Positions 9,343 to 20,283 of a DNA stretch of 64,000 bases are shown in pieces. Source of the stretch: Alphaproteobacteria bacterium. Its GTDB lineage: Bacteria > Pseudomonadota > Alphaproteobacteria > JAAXGF01. Position 1 is the stretch's first letter; every line of letters starts with the position of its first letter. The stretch spans positions 1,088,001 to 1,152,000 of the forward strand of contig CAUVXB020000001.1 of NCBI GenBank assembly GCA_963555825.3, given 5' to 3'. The notes under the pieces are model-generated. The model made no database searches, was not told where the DNA came from, and saw only the letters and a list, made by a program, of their open reading frames with translations. The position numbers and the translations under genes were made by a program.

Positions 9343-11493
9343 TTAGTTGCGTGCCCGTTCAACCGTACTGATCGCCGCCGTCGCGCGCAACGCGGCGATG
9401 ATGTTGGTCAGGTGCTTGACGTCGTTGACCTCGACGTCGACAAGCATTTCGAAGAAGTCGAGCGAGCGATTGGTGATCTTGAGATTGTTGATGTTGCCGA
9501 GGTTCTTGGCGATCACCGTCGACATGGAGCCCAGACTACCCGGCTCGTTGGCCATGACGACGCTGAGCCGGCCGACGTGGGTCTCGGGGTTGTTGGGATC
9601 GGTATCCCACGACACGTCGAGCCAGCGCTCGGGCGTATCGGAGAACGAATCGAGGGTTTCGCAGTCGATCGTGTGAATCGTAACGCCCTTGCCCGTCGTA
9701 ACGATGCCGACGATTCGGTCGCCGGGTAGCGGGTGACAGCAGCCGGCGAAGTTGATCGCCATGCCCGGAATCAACCCGCGAATCGGCACTGCGTTCTTGC
9801 CCGTCTTGGCCGTTTTCGACCGTCGGCGGGCCGGCGACGGCGCGCGGGCGCGCTTGAGTTTGGTGTCGGGCAGCGCCTCCTTGATGACTTGGCGGCTGGT
9901 GATCGTCCCCTCGCCGACCGCGGTGTAGAGGTCGTCGACCGTCTTGAACCGGAGCTGGGGCAGCGCCTTTACGATGCGCTTCTCGGAGAACCGCGTTTCG
10001 ACCTCGCGAAACGCCTTCTGCATGATCGTCTTGCCGAGGTCGTGGTATTGCGCGCGGCGTTGCAGCCTGACGAAACGACGGATGTGGCTGCGCGCCTTGC
10101 CGGTAACGACAAAGCGCTCCCAGGTCGGCGACGGCGTCTGCGTTTTCGAGCACATGATCTCGACCTGGTCGCCGTTCTGCAGCTCGGTTCGCAACGGCTT
10201 CATGCGGCCGTTGATCTTGGCGCCGACGCATGTATCGCCGATCTCGGAATGGACTGCGTAGGCGAAGTCGACCGGCGTCGCGCCAGCCGGCAGCGCGATC
10301 AGATCGCCCTTGGGCGAGAAACAGAAGACCTGGTCGGGGAACATTTCGAGCTTGGTGTGCTCGAGGAACTCCTCGGGCCCCGCCGCGTGGTCGAGAATCT
10401 CGAGCAGCTCGCGGATCCATCGGTATTGGCGCCCTTCGCGCGACGTCAGCTTGCCGTCGGAGCGCTTGTAATGCCAGTGCGCGGCGACGCCGTACTCGGC
10501 GAACTCCTGCATCTCCTTGGTGCGGATCTGGATCTCGATGCGCATATTCTCGGGCCCAATCACCGCCGTGTGCAGGGATTGGTATCCGTTCGGCTTGGGC
10601 GTCGAGATGTGGTCCTTGAAGCGGCCCGGCACCATCGGATAGGCGGCGTGCACGACGCCCAACGTGGCGTAACACTGCTCGACGGTGTCGACGACGATGC
10701 GGAACGCGACGATGTCGGATAGCTGTTCGAACTCGACGTTCTTGCGCTCCATCTTGCGCCAGATCGAATAGGGCTGCTTTTCGCGCCCCGAGACCTCGGC
10801 CTCGATACCGGCCTTGGCGAGCGTCCGCTTGAGTTCCTTGATGATGCGCGGCACTTGAGTACCGCCTTCTTTGCGTAGGAATTCGAGGCGGGCGTTGAGC
10901 GATTCATGTGCCTGCGGATTAAGCTCGATGAACGACAGGTCCTCGAGCTCGTCCTTGATTTCACGCGTGCCGATGCGTTCGGCGAGGGGCGCGAAGATGT
11001 CCATCGTCTCGTTCGCGACGCGCCAGCGCTTGGTCTCGTCTTTGACGAAGTGCAGCGTACGCATGTTGTGCAAACGGTCGGCCAGTTTGACTAGCAAGAC
11101 GCGGATGTCCTCGGACATCGCGAGCAGCAACTTGCGGAAGTTCTCGGCCTGCCTGGTCTGATCGGACTGCAGTTCGAGGCGGGTAAGCTTGGTGACGCCG
11201 TCGACCAGGCGCGCGATCCCCTCGCCGAACATCGAATCAATTTCGTCGAGCGTGACGTCGGTGTCTTCGATGGTGTCGTGCAGCAGCGCGGTGATGATGG
11301 TGGCGGTGTCGAGCCGCATGCCGGTGAGAATACCGGCCACCTCGAGGGGATGCGAAAAATAGAGATCACCGGATGCGCGCTTTTGCGAGCCGTGCGCCTT
11401 CATCGCGAAAACGTAGGCACGGTTGAGCGCATCCTCGTCGGCTGTGGGGTCGTACGCCTTGACCCGTTCGACGAGTTCGTACTGGCGAATCAA
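9343..11493 (-). CDS. spoT: Bifunctional (p)ppGpp synthetase/hydrolase (RSH)
   Basis: HD domain (LLHDTIED), [19 protein letters not shown] and ACT regions; TTG start. Confidence 0.96.
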   Translation of the reverse strand: MIRQYELVERVKAYDPTADEDALNRAYVFAMKAHGSQKRASGDLYFSHPLEVAGILTGMRLDTATIITALLHDTIEDTDVTLDEIDSMFGEGIARLVDGVTKLTRLELQSDQTRQAENFRKLLLAMSEDIRVLLVKLADRLHNMRTLHFVKDETKRWRVANETMDIFAPLAERIGTREIKDELEDLSFIELNPQAHESLNARLEFLRKEGGTQVPRIIKELKRTLAKAGIEAEVSGREKQPYSIWRKMERKNVEFEQLSDIVAFRIVVDTVEQCYATLGVVHAAYPMVPGRFKDHISTPKPNGYQSLHTAVIGPENMRIEIQIRTKEMQEFAEYGVAAHWHYKRSDGKLTSREGRQYRWIRELLEILDHAAGPEEFLEHTKLEMFPDQVFCFSPKGDLIALPAGATPVDFAYAVHSEIGDTCVGAKINGRMKPLRTELQNGDQVEIMCSKTQTPSPTWERFVVTGKARSHIRRFVRLQRRAQYHDLGKTIMQKAFREVETRFSEKRIVKALPQLRFKTVDDLYTAVGEGTITSRQVIKEALPDTKLKRARAPSPARRRSKTAKTGKNAVPIRGLIPGMAINFAGCCHPLPGDRIVGIVTTGKGVTIHTIDCETLDSFSDTPERWLDVSWDTDPNNPETHVGRLSVVMANEPGSLGSMSTVIAKNLGNINNLKITNRSLDFFEMLVDVEVNDVKHLTNIIAALRATAAISTVERARN

Positions 11494-11591
11494 AGGCTAT
11501 ACCAACCGGCTATTGCCCGGCCGCTCTATAGCCGTGCTGCCGTCGATCCGCCTCCGGGCCGATTTGCCGCCGCAGGGCGCTGATACGCGCG

Positions 11592-12131
11592 CTATCCGTT
11601 GCCTTTGGCGGCATCCTCGGAATCCTCGGCGAGCGCCTTCAACATTTCCTCGGCGAGATCGCTGTCGACGTTTTCGAGGTTCACGTCGCCATCCGCCATC
11701 TCGGCGTCTTCCGTGGCGACCGATTCGACAGCGGATTGCGCCGCGGCCGGCTCACTATCGCCTTGCGGTTGCTTGTCGGTGCTGGCGGCTGGCTGTTGCT
11801 TGTCGGTGCTGGCGGCTGGCTGTTGCTCGTCGGTGTTGACGCCGGCCCACTCTTTTTCGGCCGCCGCCAGGATGGCCACGCTGTCGTCTTCGGGCTCGTC
11901 GACCTCGACATGCCGCTGCAGGCTCGAGATCAACATCTGCCTCAATTCATCGGTCTGAATCGTTTCCTCGGCGATCTCGCGCAGCGCGATCACCGGGTTC
12001 TTGTCGTTCTCGCGCTCCAGTGTGGGCTGGGCACCCGACGACAGTTCGCGCCCACGCTGGGTCGCGAGCAGCACGAGCTCGAACCGATTCGGAACCTTGG
12101 TGACGCAATCCTCAACGGTAACGCGGGCCAT
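11592..12131 (-). CDS. rpoZ: RNA polymerase omega subunit with long acidic C-tail
   Basis: MARVTVEDC...NRFELVL...[11 protein letters not shown]. Confidence 0.96.
   Translation of the reverse strand: MARVTVEDCVTKVPNRFELVLLATQRGRELSSGAQPTLERENDKNPVIALREIAEETIQTDELRQMLISSLQRHVEVDEPEDDSVAILAAAEKEWAGVNTDEQQPAASTDKQQPAASTDKQPQGDSEPAAAQSAVESVATEDAEMADGDVNLENVDSDLAEEMLKALAEDSEDAAKGNG
11768..11835. repeat. 27-bp tandem repeat (about 2.5 copies) inside rpoZ
   Basis: GTTGCTTGTCGGTGCTGGCGGCTGGCT x2 plus a partial copy; encodes TD(E/K)QQPAAS. Confidence 0.9.
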
Positions 12132-12244
12132 ACAACTCTCTCCGATATCAGCTATCCAATTTGGCCATGTAGTAACTTGGGCGTAATTTTAAAGCAAGAA
12201 CTCAAAACCAGCCGGCCAATCGATGCAGTGGTGTTCGGAATTAA

Positions 12245-12757
12245 CTATCGAAGCGTTTCGACGGAAATATCCGACGGCAACGCCTTGATCAACTCATCGA
12301 CCGTACGGCCGAGCACCGGGTGGCGCCAGTCGGGCGCGACATCGGCCAGCGGCAGGAGCACGAAGGCGCGCTCATGCAGCCTCGGATGCGGCAGTTCCAG
12401 CGCCGAGGTCGCGCAAACAGTGCCCCGGTAGGTGAGCAGGTCGAGATCGATGACCCGAGCCGCCCAGCGCTCGCCGCGTGTCCGCCCGAGACGCATTTCG
12501 ATATCGAGCAGTCGCGTCAACAGGGCATCGGCGGCGAGCGCGGTCACGACCGAAACCACGCCGTTGACGAACCATGGTTGGGACGATGCCGGCACCGGCG
12601 CGCTGCGGTACCAGCGGGAGCATCGGTCGACCGTGATTCCCCGGTCGCCCATCATGGCAATCGCGGCCTCGCAGGTATCGCGCGGGCCGCCGGCGTCCGA
12701 CGGCAGGTTCGCCCCCAGCGCGATCAGCACCAGATCATCGTTCGTCGCGCGAGACAC
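12245..12757 (-). CDS. folK: 6-hydroxymethyl-7,8-dihydropterin pyrophosphokinase
   Basis: IALGANL, RVIDLDLL, LPHPRLHERAFVL. Confidence 0.95.
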   Translation of the reverse strand: MSRATNDDLVLIALGANLPSDAGGPRDTCEAAIAMMGDRGITVDRCSRWYRSAPVPASSQPWFVNGVVSVVTALAADALLTRLLDIEMRLGRTRGERWAARVIDLDLLTYRGTVCATSALELPHPRLHERAFVLLPLADVAPDWRHPVLGRTVDELIKALPSDISVETLR

Positions 12758-12887
12758 TCTTGTCGTCCCTTCCCAAAGGCCTTAAATATCCCGCTGTCAG
12801 TATCGCGACAAATGGAACTTGTTCGTCATTGGAAAACTTGCGCCGCTGGATATTTAGCGGCCAATTTCAAATTAGGGAATTAAGTCA

Positions 12888-13451
12888 ATGAGCAGTTACT
12901 CGCAAGAGCGGATCGGTTTATTCATCGACGGTGCCAACCTGTATGCCGCCGCCCGCGCCCTGGGCATCGACATGGACTACAAGCTGCTGCTGGACGAATT
13001 CGCCTCGCAGGGGCGTCTCATCCGCGCGTTCTATTACACCGCCATGATCGAAGATCAAGAGTACTCGCCGATCCGGCCCCTGGTCGATTGGCTCGACTAC
13101 AACGGTTACACCATGGTCACCAAGCCGACCAAGGAATTCACCGACGCCGCCGGTCGGCGCAAGATCAAGGGCAATATGGACATCGAGCTGGCCATCGACA
13201 TGCTGGAGATGGCCGACCATCTCGATCACGTCGTGCTGTTCTCGGGCGATGGCGATTTTCGCCGGCTGGTCGAGGCGATCCAGCGCCGCGGCGTGCGCGT
13301 CACGGTCGTCAGCACACTGCAGTCGCAACCGCCGATGGTCGCCGACGAACTGCGCCGTCAGGCCGATCGCTTCATCGATCTCTACGATCTGGCGCCGAAA
13401 ATCGCCCGCCAGCAGTCACGCGAAGAGGCCACCGTTATCGCGCGCGATTGA
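12888..13451 (+). CDS. NYN-domain (LabA-like) protein
   Basis: FIDGANLY, KGNMDIELAID, SGDGDF. Confidence 0.9.
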   Translation: MSSYSQERIGLFIDGANLYAAARALGIDMDYKLLLDEFASQGRLIRAFYYTAMIEDQEYSPIRPLVDWLDYNGYTMVTKPTKEFTDAAGRRKIKGNMDIELAIDMLEMADHLDHVVLFSGDGDFRRLVEAIQRRGVRVTVVSTLQSQPPMVADELRRQADRFIDLYDLAPKIARQQSREEATVIARD

Positions 13452-13487
13452 CGGTCGCGGCGACATTCGTCGCATGACCACAGTCGC

Positions 13488-14132
13488 ATGACAGCACTGG
13501 CGCCCGGGCGCGACTGCCCGCTGTGCCCGCGCCTCGTCGCCTATCGCGAGACGGCGCGCCGCGCCAACCCCGATTGGCACAATGCGCCGGTCGCAACGTT
13601 CGGTCCCACCGATGCGCGTCTGCTCATCGTCGGGCTCGCGCCCGGCATGCGCGGCGCCAATCGCACCGGCCGGCCATTCACTGGAGATTTCGCCGGCGAC
13701 CTCTTATACGAGACATTGAAGGCGCATGGTTTCGCGACCGGCGCATATGCGCGACATGCCGACGATGGCCTCCAACTCGTCGACTGCCGCATCACCAACG
13801 CGGTACGTTGCGTGCCGCCCGAAAACAAACCGATCGGCGCCGAGGCCGCCGCCTGCCGGCCCTTCCTGACGGCCGAGATCGCGGCGCTCGGGCAGCTCGA
13901 AATCATCCTCGCGCTCGGCACCGTGGCCCATGGCGGCGTGTTGCGCGCGATGGGTTTCACTGCGGCGTCGCAGCCGTTTCGCCACGGCGCCCTGCACGCC
14001 CTGCCCAATGGCCTCGTGCTCGCCGACAGCTACCACTGCTCACGATACAACACCAATACAGGGCGCCTGACACCGGCTATGTTCGATCAAGTCTTCGGCG
14101 CCATCCGCCAACGCCTCGACGCACCAATCTAG
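13488..14132 (+). CDS. Uracil-DNA glycosylase superfamily (Fe-S type)
   Basis: CPLCPRL, GLAPGMRGANRTGRPFTGD, YHCSRYNT. Confidence 0.9.
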   Translation: MTALAPGRDCPLCPRLVAYRETARRANPDWHNAPVATFGPTDARLLIVGLAPGMRGANRTGRPFTGDFAGDLLYETLKAHGFATGAYARHADDGLQLVDCRITNAVRCVPPENKPIGAEAAACRPFLTAEIAALGQLEIILALGTVAHGGVLRAMGFTAASQPFRHGALHALPNGLVLADSYHCSRYNTNTGRLTPAMFDQVFGAIRQRLDAPI

Positions 14133-15013
14133 ATCGGGTCGGTTGGTCCGCCCCGTTCGCGCAACAGGCCGGCGACGGCCTGACAGCCGACCGCGCCGAG
14201 CACGATGGCGCCGCCGAGCAGCGTCATCGGTGCCGGCACCTCGTTGATGAAGATCCAGACCCAGAGCGACGCCAGGATCGGTTCGAGGAGACCAAGCAGC
14301 GACACTTCGGCGGCCGGCACACGGCGCGTGCCGAGCGTGATCAGGGTAAAGCCTGCGCCGAACTGCACCGAACCCATCAGCAGCGACAGCAGAAGATCGT
14401 GCTGCGAGACCTCGATATCGCCCGCCATGAAGAAGGCGATCACGCCGCCCACCACGCCGGCCATGCAGGTCGCGGGCAGCATGTCGATCGCCTTGTTGCG
14501 CCGAATCACGACGATCATGCCGCCAAAGGTGGCGACGACGCCGAGCGCCACGAGGCTGCCGAGCATGCGCCCCGACGCCAGGCCGCTGCCGACCATCAGG
14601 CCGATGCCGCACAGCGCCACCAGCATCGCCGCCCAGCTCGATGGCCGGACCCGCTCACCGATCACGAGCCACGCCGCGACGGCGACGAACAGCGGCGTCG
14701 CGGCGATGATGAACATGGCGTTGGCGATCGTCGTCAGCAACAGCGAAAAGAGGTAGCAGATCGACCCGACGCCGAGGAACAACGCGACCAGCACTCCGTC
14801 AGTACCGGTGGTGCGGAACGCGGCCCAAAGACCGCCACGGTAACGATAGACGAGCAGCGCGAGCAGCGTTACGACGAAGGAAATCGAGCGGTAGAACATC
14901 ACCTGCCAGCCGTCGGCCGCTTCCATGTTGCGCAGGATCAGGCCGCCCAGGCTGAGGCAGAGCGTCGCGGTCAGGATCATGACCACGCCGGTCCTGTAAT
15001 GTTTGTCGTGCAT
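14129..15013 (-). CDS. DMT/EamA family transporter
   Basis: About 10 hydrophobic segments; LLEPILASLWVWIFINE. Confidence 0.85.
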   Translation of the reverse strand: MHDKHYRTGVVMILTATLCLSLGGLILRNMEAADGWQVMFYRSISFVVTLLALLVYRYRGGLWAAFRTTGTDGVLVALFLGVGSICYLFSLLLTTIANAMFIIAATPLFVAVAAWLVIGERVRPSSWAAMLVALCGIGLMVGSGLASGRMLGSLVALGVVATFGGMIVVIRRNKAIDMLPATCMAGVVGGVIAFFMAGDIEVSQHDLLLSLLMGSVQFGAGFTLITLGTRRVPAAEVSLLGLLEPILASLWVWIFINEVPAPMTLLGGAIVLGAVGCQAVAGLLRERGGPTDPI

Positions 15014-15073
15014 GGGTGGACTTACGACACGCGCGCGCCGCCACGGCGCGACGCCGTCGGAGAATGCCAAGAC

Positions 15074-15547
15074 CTAGGAATGATCACGCAGCAGGCGGCT
15101 CTTCTGCCGCTGCCAGTCGCGCTCCTTGGTGGTGGCGCGCTTGTCGTACTGGCGCTTGCCGCGAGCGACGCCGAGCCGCACCTTGGCGATACCGCGGGGG
15201 TTGAAGTAAATCTCGAGCGGCACCAGGGTGACGCCTTTGCGCTGGATCGCGCCGACGAGTCGTTCGATCTCGCGTTTTCGCAGCAAGAGCTTGCGCGGCC
15301 TGAGCGGCTCGTGATTGAGGCGATTGCCGCCGCTGTACTCGGAGATATGGGCGTTGACCAGAAACAGCTCGCCGCCCTGCGCGCTGGCATAGGCATCGCC
15401 GATGTTCGCGCGCCCCTCGCGCAGCGACTTCACCTCGGTGCCGGTCAGCATCACCCCGGCCTCGATCGTCTCGTCGATGAAATAGTTGTAGCGCGCCTTG
15501 CGGTTCCGCGCCGCGACGCGTCCCGGCGCGAGCGCCTGCTTGGCCAT
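15074..15547 (-). CDS. smpB: SsrA-binding protein
   Basis: NRKARYNY, EAGVMLTGTEVKSLR, GKRQYDKR. Confidence 0.97.
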   Translation of the reverse strand: MAKQALAPGRVAARNRKARYNYFIDETIEAGVMLTGTEVKSLREGRANIGDAYASAQGGELFLVNAHISEYSGGNRLNHEPLRPRKLLLRKREIERLVGAIQRKGVTLVPLEIYFNPRGIAKVRLGVARGKRQYDKRATTKERDWQRQKSRLLRDHS

Positions 15548-15569
15548 GACCCGGTATCGCCCGTGGCGA

Positions 15570-16445
15570 TCAGTTGAGCAGGCCCGCCGATCGCATGGCG
15601 CCCTCGACCCGCTCCCTGGTCGCCGAGGTCGGCGAGACCAGTGGCAGCCGAACGTTCTCGCCGCACAGGCCGAGCAGGCTGGCGGCGAATTTTACCGGCC
15701 CTGGGGACGGCTCGACGAACAGCGCGCGATGCAGCGGCATCAAGCGCTCCTGCATGGCGAGCGCCGCGTCGTGGTCGCCGCCCATCCAGGATTCGTGCAT
15801 ATCGGCGCATTGGCGCGGCGCGACGTTGGCGGTCACCGAGATGCAGCCGTGGCCGCCCTGCGCCAGCAGCGCGATGACCGCCGGATCCTCGCCCGACATT
15901 TGGCAGAAGTCGGGCCCGCAGGCCATATGCGTCTCGATCGGCCGGATGGCGTCGCCGGTGGCGTCTTTGACGCCGACGATATTGGGCAACTCGGCGAGCC
16001 GCGCCATGGTCTCGACACTCATGTCGACGATGCTGCGCGGCGGAATGTTGTAGATTAGGATCGGGATTTCGACGGCGTCGTGGATCGCCTTGAAGTGCTG
16101 ATAGAGCCCTTCCTGATTGGGCTTGTTGTAGTACGGCGTGACGTGCAGCACGGCATCGGCGCCGGCCGCCTTGGCATGGCGCGTCAGCGAGATCGCTTCT
16201 TCGGTCGCGTTCGATCCGGCACCGGCAACCACCGGAACGCGGCCCTTGGCGACCTCGATGCACATATCGACGACACGCTCGTGCTCGGCGTGGCTCAGCG
16301 TCGGCGATTCGCCCGTCGTGCCACACGGCACCAGGCCATGCGTGCCATGCTTGATCTGCCAGTCGACGAACGACTGGAAGGCGTCCTCATCGACCGAGCC
16401 ATTGGCGAACGGCGTGATGAGCGCGACAAAGGAACCCTTGAACAT
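15570..16445 (-). CDS. dapA: 4-hydroxy-tetrahydrodipicolinate synthase
   Basis: ALITPF, GTTGESPTL, YNIPPRS, GVKDA; ATG 16445 with AGGAGG. Confidence 0.96.
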   Translation of the reverse strand: MFKGSFVALITPFANGSVDEDAFQSFVDWQIKHGTHGLVPCGTTGESPTLSHAEHERVVDMCIEVAKGRVPVVAGAGSNATEEAISLTRHAKAAGADAVLHVTPYYNKPNQEGLYQHFKAIHDAVEIPILIYNIPPRSIVDMSVETMARLAELPNIVGVKDATGDAIRPIETHMACGPDFCQMSGEDPAVIALLAQGGHGCISVTANVAPRQCADMHESWMGGDHDAALAMQERLMPLHRALFVEPSPGPVKFAASLLGLCGENVRLPLVSPTSATRERVEGAMRSAGLLN

Positions 16446-16631
16446 GGTCCGATCCTCCTTGTCCCCGGCGCTTTCCCGACCCGGGGATTGGGCTGAACCT
16501 AGCGGCAACCCCGCCGCACGGCAAGCAGTGGCGGCTTGTACCCCATCGCCGGCCATGCGTAAATGCCCGCTCTTCGCCGCGTTTCGAGCCACTCGAAGCG
16601 CGCTCGTCAACCGTAGCCGAGGGGCATATCG

Positions 16632-18626
16632 GTGCTCGCATTGCGGCCTATAGCGATCGGACTGGTAGTCGCCTTCGGCCTCGCCGGCGCGCCGCGCGCC
16701 GAGGATGCGCCGCCGCCACCGAACCTCGCGACGATCTATGGCGCCGCTTTCGCCGCCGCCAAGTCGGGCAAGTGGACGACCGCCTTGAGGCTCGCCGCCA
16801 AGCGACCCGACCCGGTCGCCGACAAGCTGCTCGTCTGGCTCTCGCTGACCAGCGGTCGGGCGTCGGCAGGTTTCGCCGAGATTGCCGGTTTCATCGAGCG
16901 GAACCCGGATTGGCCCAAACAGAACGAACTGCGGCGCCGCGCCGAGGCGATGATCGACGCAGGCCTCGATGACAGGACGGTGCGCGATTGGTTCGCCGCC
17001 TATCCGCCGCTCACCGGGCTCGGTCGCGGGCGGCTCGCTGACCTCTACCTCAAGTCGGGCGATGCCAAGACGGCGGAGGCGCTGATCCGCGAGGCGTGGA
17101 TTGGCAGCAACTTCACCGCGCGCGACGAGAAGGCCTTCTACAAGCGCTACCATCACCGTTTGCGCGCCGAGGACCATGTCGCCCGGCTCGACCGGCTGCT
17201 GTGGGACCGTCGGCGCGGCGCGGCGCGGCGCATGTACCGACGCGTCGACAAGGGCCAACAGCGGCTCGCCGAGGCGCGCACGCGCCTGATCGCGTTCGCC
17301 GGCGGCGTCGACCCGGCGATCGCGCGCGTGCCCGATGCGCTGCGCGATCATCCGAGCCTATGGTACGAGCGGCTGCGCTGGCGGCGGCGAAAAGGCTTTC
17401 ACGAAAGCGCCCGCGAGATTCTCGCCGCGCCGCCCGGCGATCTGATCCGTCCGGCGGCCTGGTGGCGCGAGGCGCGCGTCGAAACCCGCCAGGCGCTGCG
17501 CGAGGGACTGATCTCGGTCGCCTACCGGTTCGCCAGCGAGCATCGGCAGACCGAGGTCCTGCCGCGCGCCCAGGCCGAATGGCTCGCCGGCTGGGTCGCG
17601 CTGCGCCATCTCTCCGACGCCAAGCTCGCCTACCCGCATTTCGAGACGCTCCACGCCATCGTGCGCTACCCGATCAGCATTGCGCGCGGCGCCTATTGGG
17701 CCGGGCGCGCGGCCGCGGCGTCGGGCGACGCCAAACGCGCCGCCGACTGGTATGGCATGGCGGCTCGCCTGCCGACGACCTACTACGGCCAACTCGGCAG
17801 CGCCGCGCTCGGCAAGGGCGGGCGGCTCGCATTGCCCGGCGACCCCAGGCCAAGCGCCGGGGACCGCTCGTTCATCTACGACCACGAGCTGGCGCGCGCC
17901 GTCGAGGTGCTCGCCGCGGCCGGCGACCGCAAGCTGACGCGGACCTTCCTGCTGCATCTCGCCGGCCTCGCCCGGACGCCCGGCCAGCACCGCGTTGTGG
18001 CGGGGCTTGCGTCAGATGTCGGCCGCGCCGATCTCGGCCTGGTCGTCGCGCGACGGTCGGCGCGCGACGGCGTGATGCTGATCGAGGCCGGCTATCCGAT
18101 CACACCCTTGCCGGCGAGCCGAGGCCAGGGCAGCAAGGCCGAACCGGCATTGCTCCAGGCCATGATGCGACAGGAAAGCGGTTTCGACATCGCCGCGGTC
18201 AGCAGTGCCGGCGCGCTCGGCCTGATGCAGCTCATGCCGGCGACCGCGCGTCTGGTGGCGAAACGCCTCGGCATGCCCTACGACAAGACGCGCCTGACCC
18301 AGGACGAGACGTACAACATGACGCTCGGGCGGGCCTATATCGAGGGCCTATTGGACAAATACGACGGCTCCTACGTGCTCGCCGTCGCCGCCTACAACGC
18401 GGGTCCGGGCCGTGTCGGCCAGTTCCTCAGAGACTTCGGCGACCCACGGACCGACGGGACCGACGGCATCGACTGGATCGAGACGATCCCGCTCGACGAA
18501 ACGCGCAACTACGTGCAGCGCGTGCTCGAAGCGGTGCCCGTCTACCGCCATTTGCTGGGCCAGCCGACGCCCGCCAACGGTCTCACTCTCGATCTCGCCC
18601 GGGGCGTCTCGACGCCGCCGAGTTGA
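16632..18626 (+). CDS. Soluble lytic murein transglycosylase (Slt70-like)
   Basis: Signal peptide; RQESGF, GALGLMQLMP, AAYNAGPG, ETRNYV. Confidence 0.92.
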   Translation: MLALRPIAIGLVVAFGLAGAPRAEDAPPPPNLATIYGAAFAAAKSGKWTTALRLAAKRPDPVADKLLVWLSLTSGRASAGFAEIAGFIERNPDWPKQNELRRRAEAMIDAGLDDRTVRDWFAAYPPLTGLGRGRLADLYLKSGDAKTAEALIREAWIGSNFTARDEKAFYKRYHHRLRAEDHVARLDRLLWDRRRGAARRMYRRVDKGQQRLAEARTRLIAFAGGVDPAIARVPDALRDHPSLWYERLRWRRRKGFHESAREILAAPPGDLIRPAAWWREARVETRQALREGLISVAYRFASEHRQTEVLPRAQAEWLAGWVALRHLSDAKLAYPHFETLHAIVRYPISIARGAYWAGRAAAASGDAKRAADWYGMAARLPTTYYGQLGSAALGKGGRLALPGDPRPSAGDRSFIYDHELARAVEVLAAAGDRKLTRTFLLHLAGLARTPGQHRVVAGLASDVGRADLGLVVARRSARDGVMLIEAGYPITPLPASRGQGSKAEPALLQAMMRQESGFDIAAVSSAGALGLMQLMPATARLVAKRLGMPYDKTRLTQDETYNMTLGRAYIEGLLDKYDGSYVLAVAAYNAGPGRVGQFLRDFGDPRTDGTDGIDWIETIPLDETRNYVQRVLEAVPVYRHLLGQPTPANGLTLDLARGVSTPPS

Positions 18627-18630
18627 TCGG

Positions 18631-18652
18631 CCGCCCTGTTGCGACGGGGCGG
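18631..18652 (+). terminator. Possible hairpin terminator after slt
   Basis: CCGCCCTGTT-GC-GACGGGGCGG with a weak U tract. Confidence 0.35.
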
Positions 18653-18729
18653 TTGCGTTTCGCGCCGCCTCGGTTACCTTCGGGGCCGGTCGGGGGCGAT
18701 GCCTCGATACCGGGCAAAGGAATGACGCC

Positions 18730-19416
18730 ATGACCCATCCGCGCTTCGACGACATCGGCGCCTGCGTGTTCGACGCGTACGGCACCTTGTTCGACGTCCA
18801 TTCGGCCGCGGCGCGCTGCCGCGCCGACCTGGGCGATGTGGCCGACGCGGTGTCGCAGACCTGGCGCGACAAGCAGTTACAGTACACCTGGCTACGCAGC
18901 CTGATGGGCCGGCACATCGATTTCTGGCAGCTCACCGGCGAGGGCCTCGATTATGCGCTCGACGCCCACGGCGTCGACGACACGGCGCTGCGCGATCGGC
19001 TGATGGACTGCTACCTCTCGCTGACCGCCTACCCCGAGGTGCCCGCGGTGCTGAAGACGCTCAAGACCGCCGGCATAAAATGCGCGATCCTCTCGAACGG
19101 CGCGCCCAACATGCTCGAGGCGGCGGTGACCAACGCCGGCATCGGCGGCGAGCTCGACGCGGTGCTGTCGATCGAGGACGTCGGCATCTACAAGCCGCAC
19201 CCGAGCGTCTACCGGCTCGCCGTCGACCGGCTCGGCGTCGCGGCCGAACGTATCTCGTTCCAGTCGTCGAACGCGTGGGACGCCAACGGGGCGGCCGCCT
19301 TCGGCTTCCGGGTCGCCTGGGTCAACCGGTTCGGTCAGCCCGCTGAGCGCCTGCCCGGACCGGCCGACGCCGAGATCACGACACTCGAGCAGTTGCCGCC
19401 GCTGTTGGGGCTGTGA
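18730..19416 (+). CDS. Haloacid dehalogenase type II
   Basis: FDAYGTLFDV, LSNG, YKPHP, SSNAWD. Confidence 0.92.
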   Translation: MTHPRFDDIGACVFDAYGTLFDVHSAAARCRADLGDVADAVSQTWRDKQLQYTWLRSLMGRHIDFWQLTGEGLDYALDAHGVDDTALRDRLMDCYLSLTAYPEVPAVLKTLKTAGIKCAILSNGAPNMLEAAVTNAGIGGELDAVLSIEDVGIYKPHPSVYRLAVDRLGVAAERISFQSSNAWDANGAAAFGFRVAWVNRFGQPAERLPGPADAEITTLEQLPPLLGL

Positions 19417-19419
19417 GGC

Positions 19420-20283
19420 GTGTCGATTAGGGCTGCGGCGTACCGCGAACGCCGCTTCTCGACGCATGACGGGGTGTCGCTCTATTTTCGCGATTGGGGC
19501 GACCCGGTTTCGTCTCGCACGCCGGTGCTTTGCCTGCCCGGCCTGGCGCGCAACTGTCAGGATTTCGACGATCTGGCACACCGCCTGGCGGTCGAACGCC
19601 GCGTCGTCTGCCTCGACTACCGTGGCCGCGGCCGTTCCGACTACGACCGCGATTGGACGCAATACGCGCCGAGGGTCTATCTGCGCGACGCCCTCGACCT
19701 CTTGACCGCAACCGACATGCATCGCGTCGTCGTCATCGGCACGTCGCTCGGCGGCTTCCTCGCGATGGCCATGGCGGTGGCCCGGCCGACCGCGCTCGCC
19801 GGCGTCGTGCTCAACGACGTCGGCCCCGAAATCAACGGCGCGAGCCTCGGCAAGCTGATCGAATATGTCGCCACGTACCGGCCGCAACCGGACTGGGATT
19901 CGGCAGCGGCGTTCTTGAAGGAAAACTTCAAGAGAGTCGGACTAACCTCCTACGACGATTGGATGAAAATAGCCAAGAAGACCTTCCGCGAAGGCGCGGA
20001 CGGCGTGCTGCGCTACGATTTCGACCCAAACATCGCCAAGAACCTCGCGGGCGCCGCAGAGGCGGTGCGCAGCCAATGGCCGCTGTTTCGCGCCCTCGCC
20101 CACGTCCCGACGCTTGCTTTCCGTGGCGCCGACTCGGATATTCTCGGTGCCGACACCTTCGCGCGCATGGCGGCCGAGAAGCCCGACCTGATTTCCGTCA
20201 CCGTTGCCAACCGCGGCCACGCGCCGCTGCTCGACGAACCCGAATGCACCGGAGCCATCGATGACTTCCTCGCCCGCCTTTGA
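19420..20283 (+). CDS. Alpha/beta hydrolase
   Basis: DYRGRGRS, GTSLGG, GHAP. Confidence 0.88.
   Translation: MSIRAAAYRERRFSTHDGVSLYFRDWGDPVSSRTPVLCLPGLARNCQDFDDLAHRLAVERRVVCLDYRGRGRSDYDRDWTQYAPRVYLRDALDLLTATDMHRVVVIGTSLGGFLAMAMAVARPTALAGVVLNDVGPEINGASLGKLIEYVATYRPQPDWDSAAAFLKENFKRVGLTSYDDWMKIAKKTFREGADGVLRYDFDPNIAKNLAGAAEAVRSQWPLFRALAHVPTLAFRGADSDILGADTFARMAAEKPDLISVTVANRGHAPLLDEPECTGAIDDFLARL

Noticed and set aside
15074-15547. tmRNA next to smpB
   Set aside because: Flanking intergenic gaps are too short and no tRNA-like domain is visible.
13523-15577. 684-aa plus-strand ORF and other long alternative-frame ORFs (e.g. 17096-18733, 58728-60338, 60010-61410)
   Set aside because: Shadow ORFs of GC-rich genes; Arg/Ala/Pro-rich with no motifs, overlapping well-supported genes.
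15570-17351. 593-aa DapA with a long N-terminal extension
   Set aside because: The extension is antisense to slt; the true start is ATG 16445 with AGGAGG.
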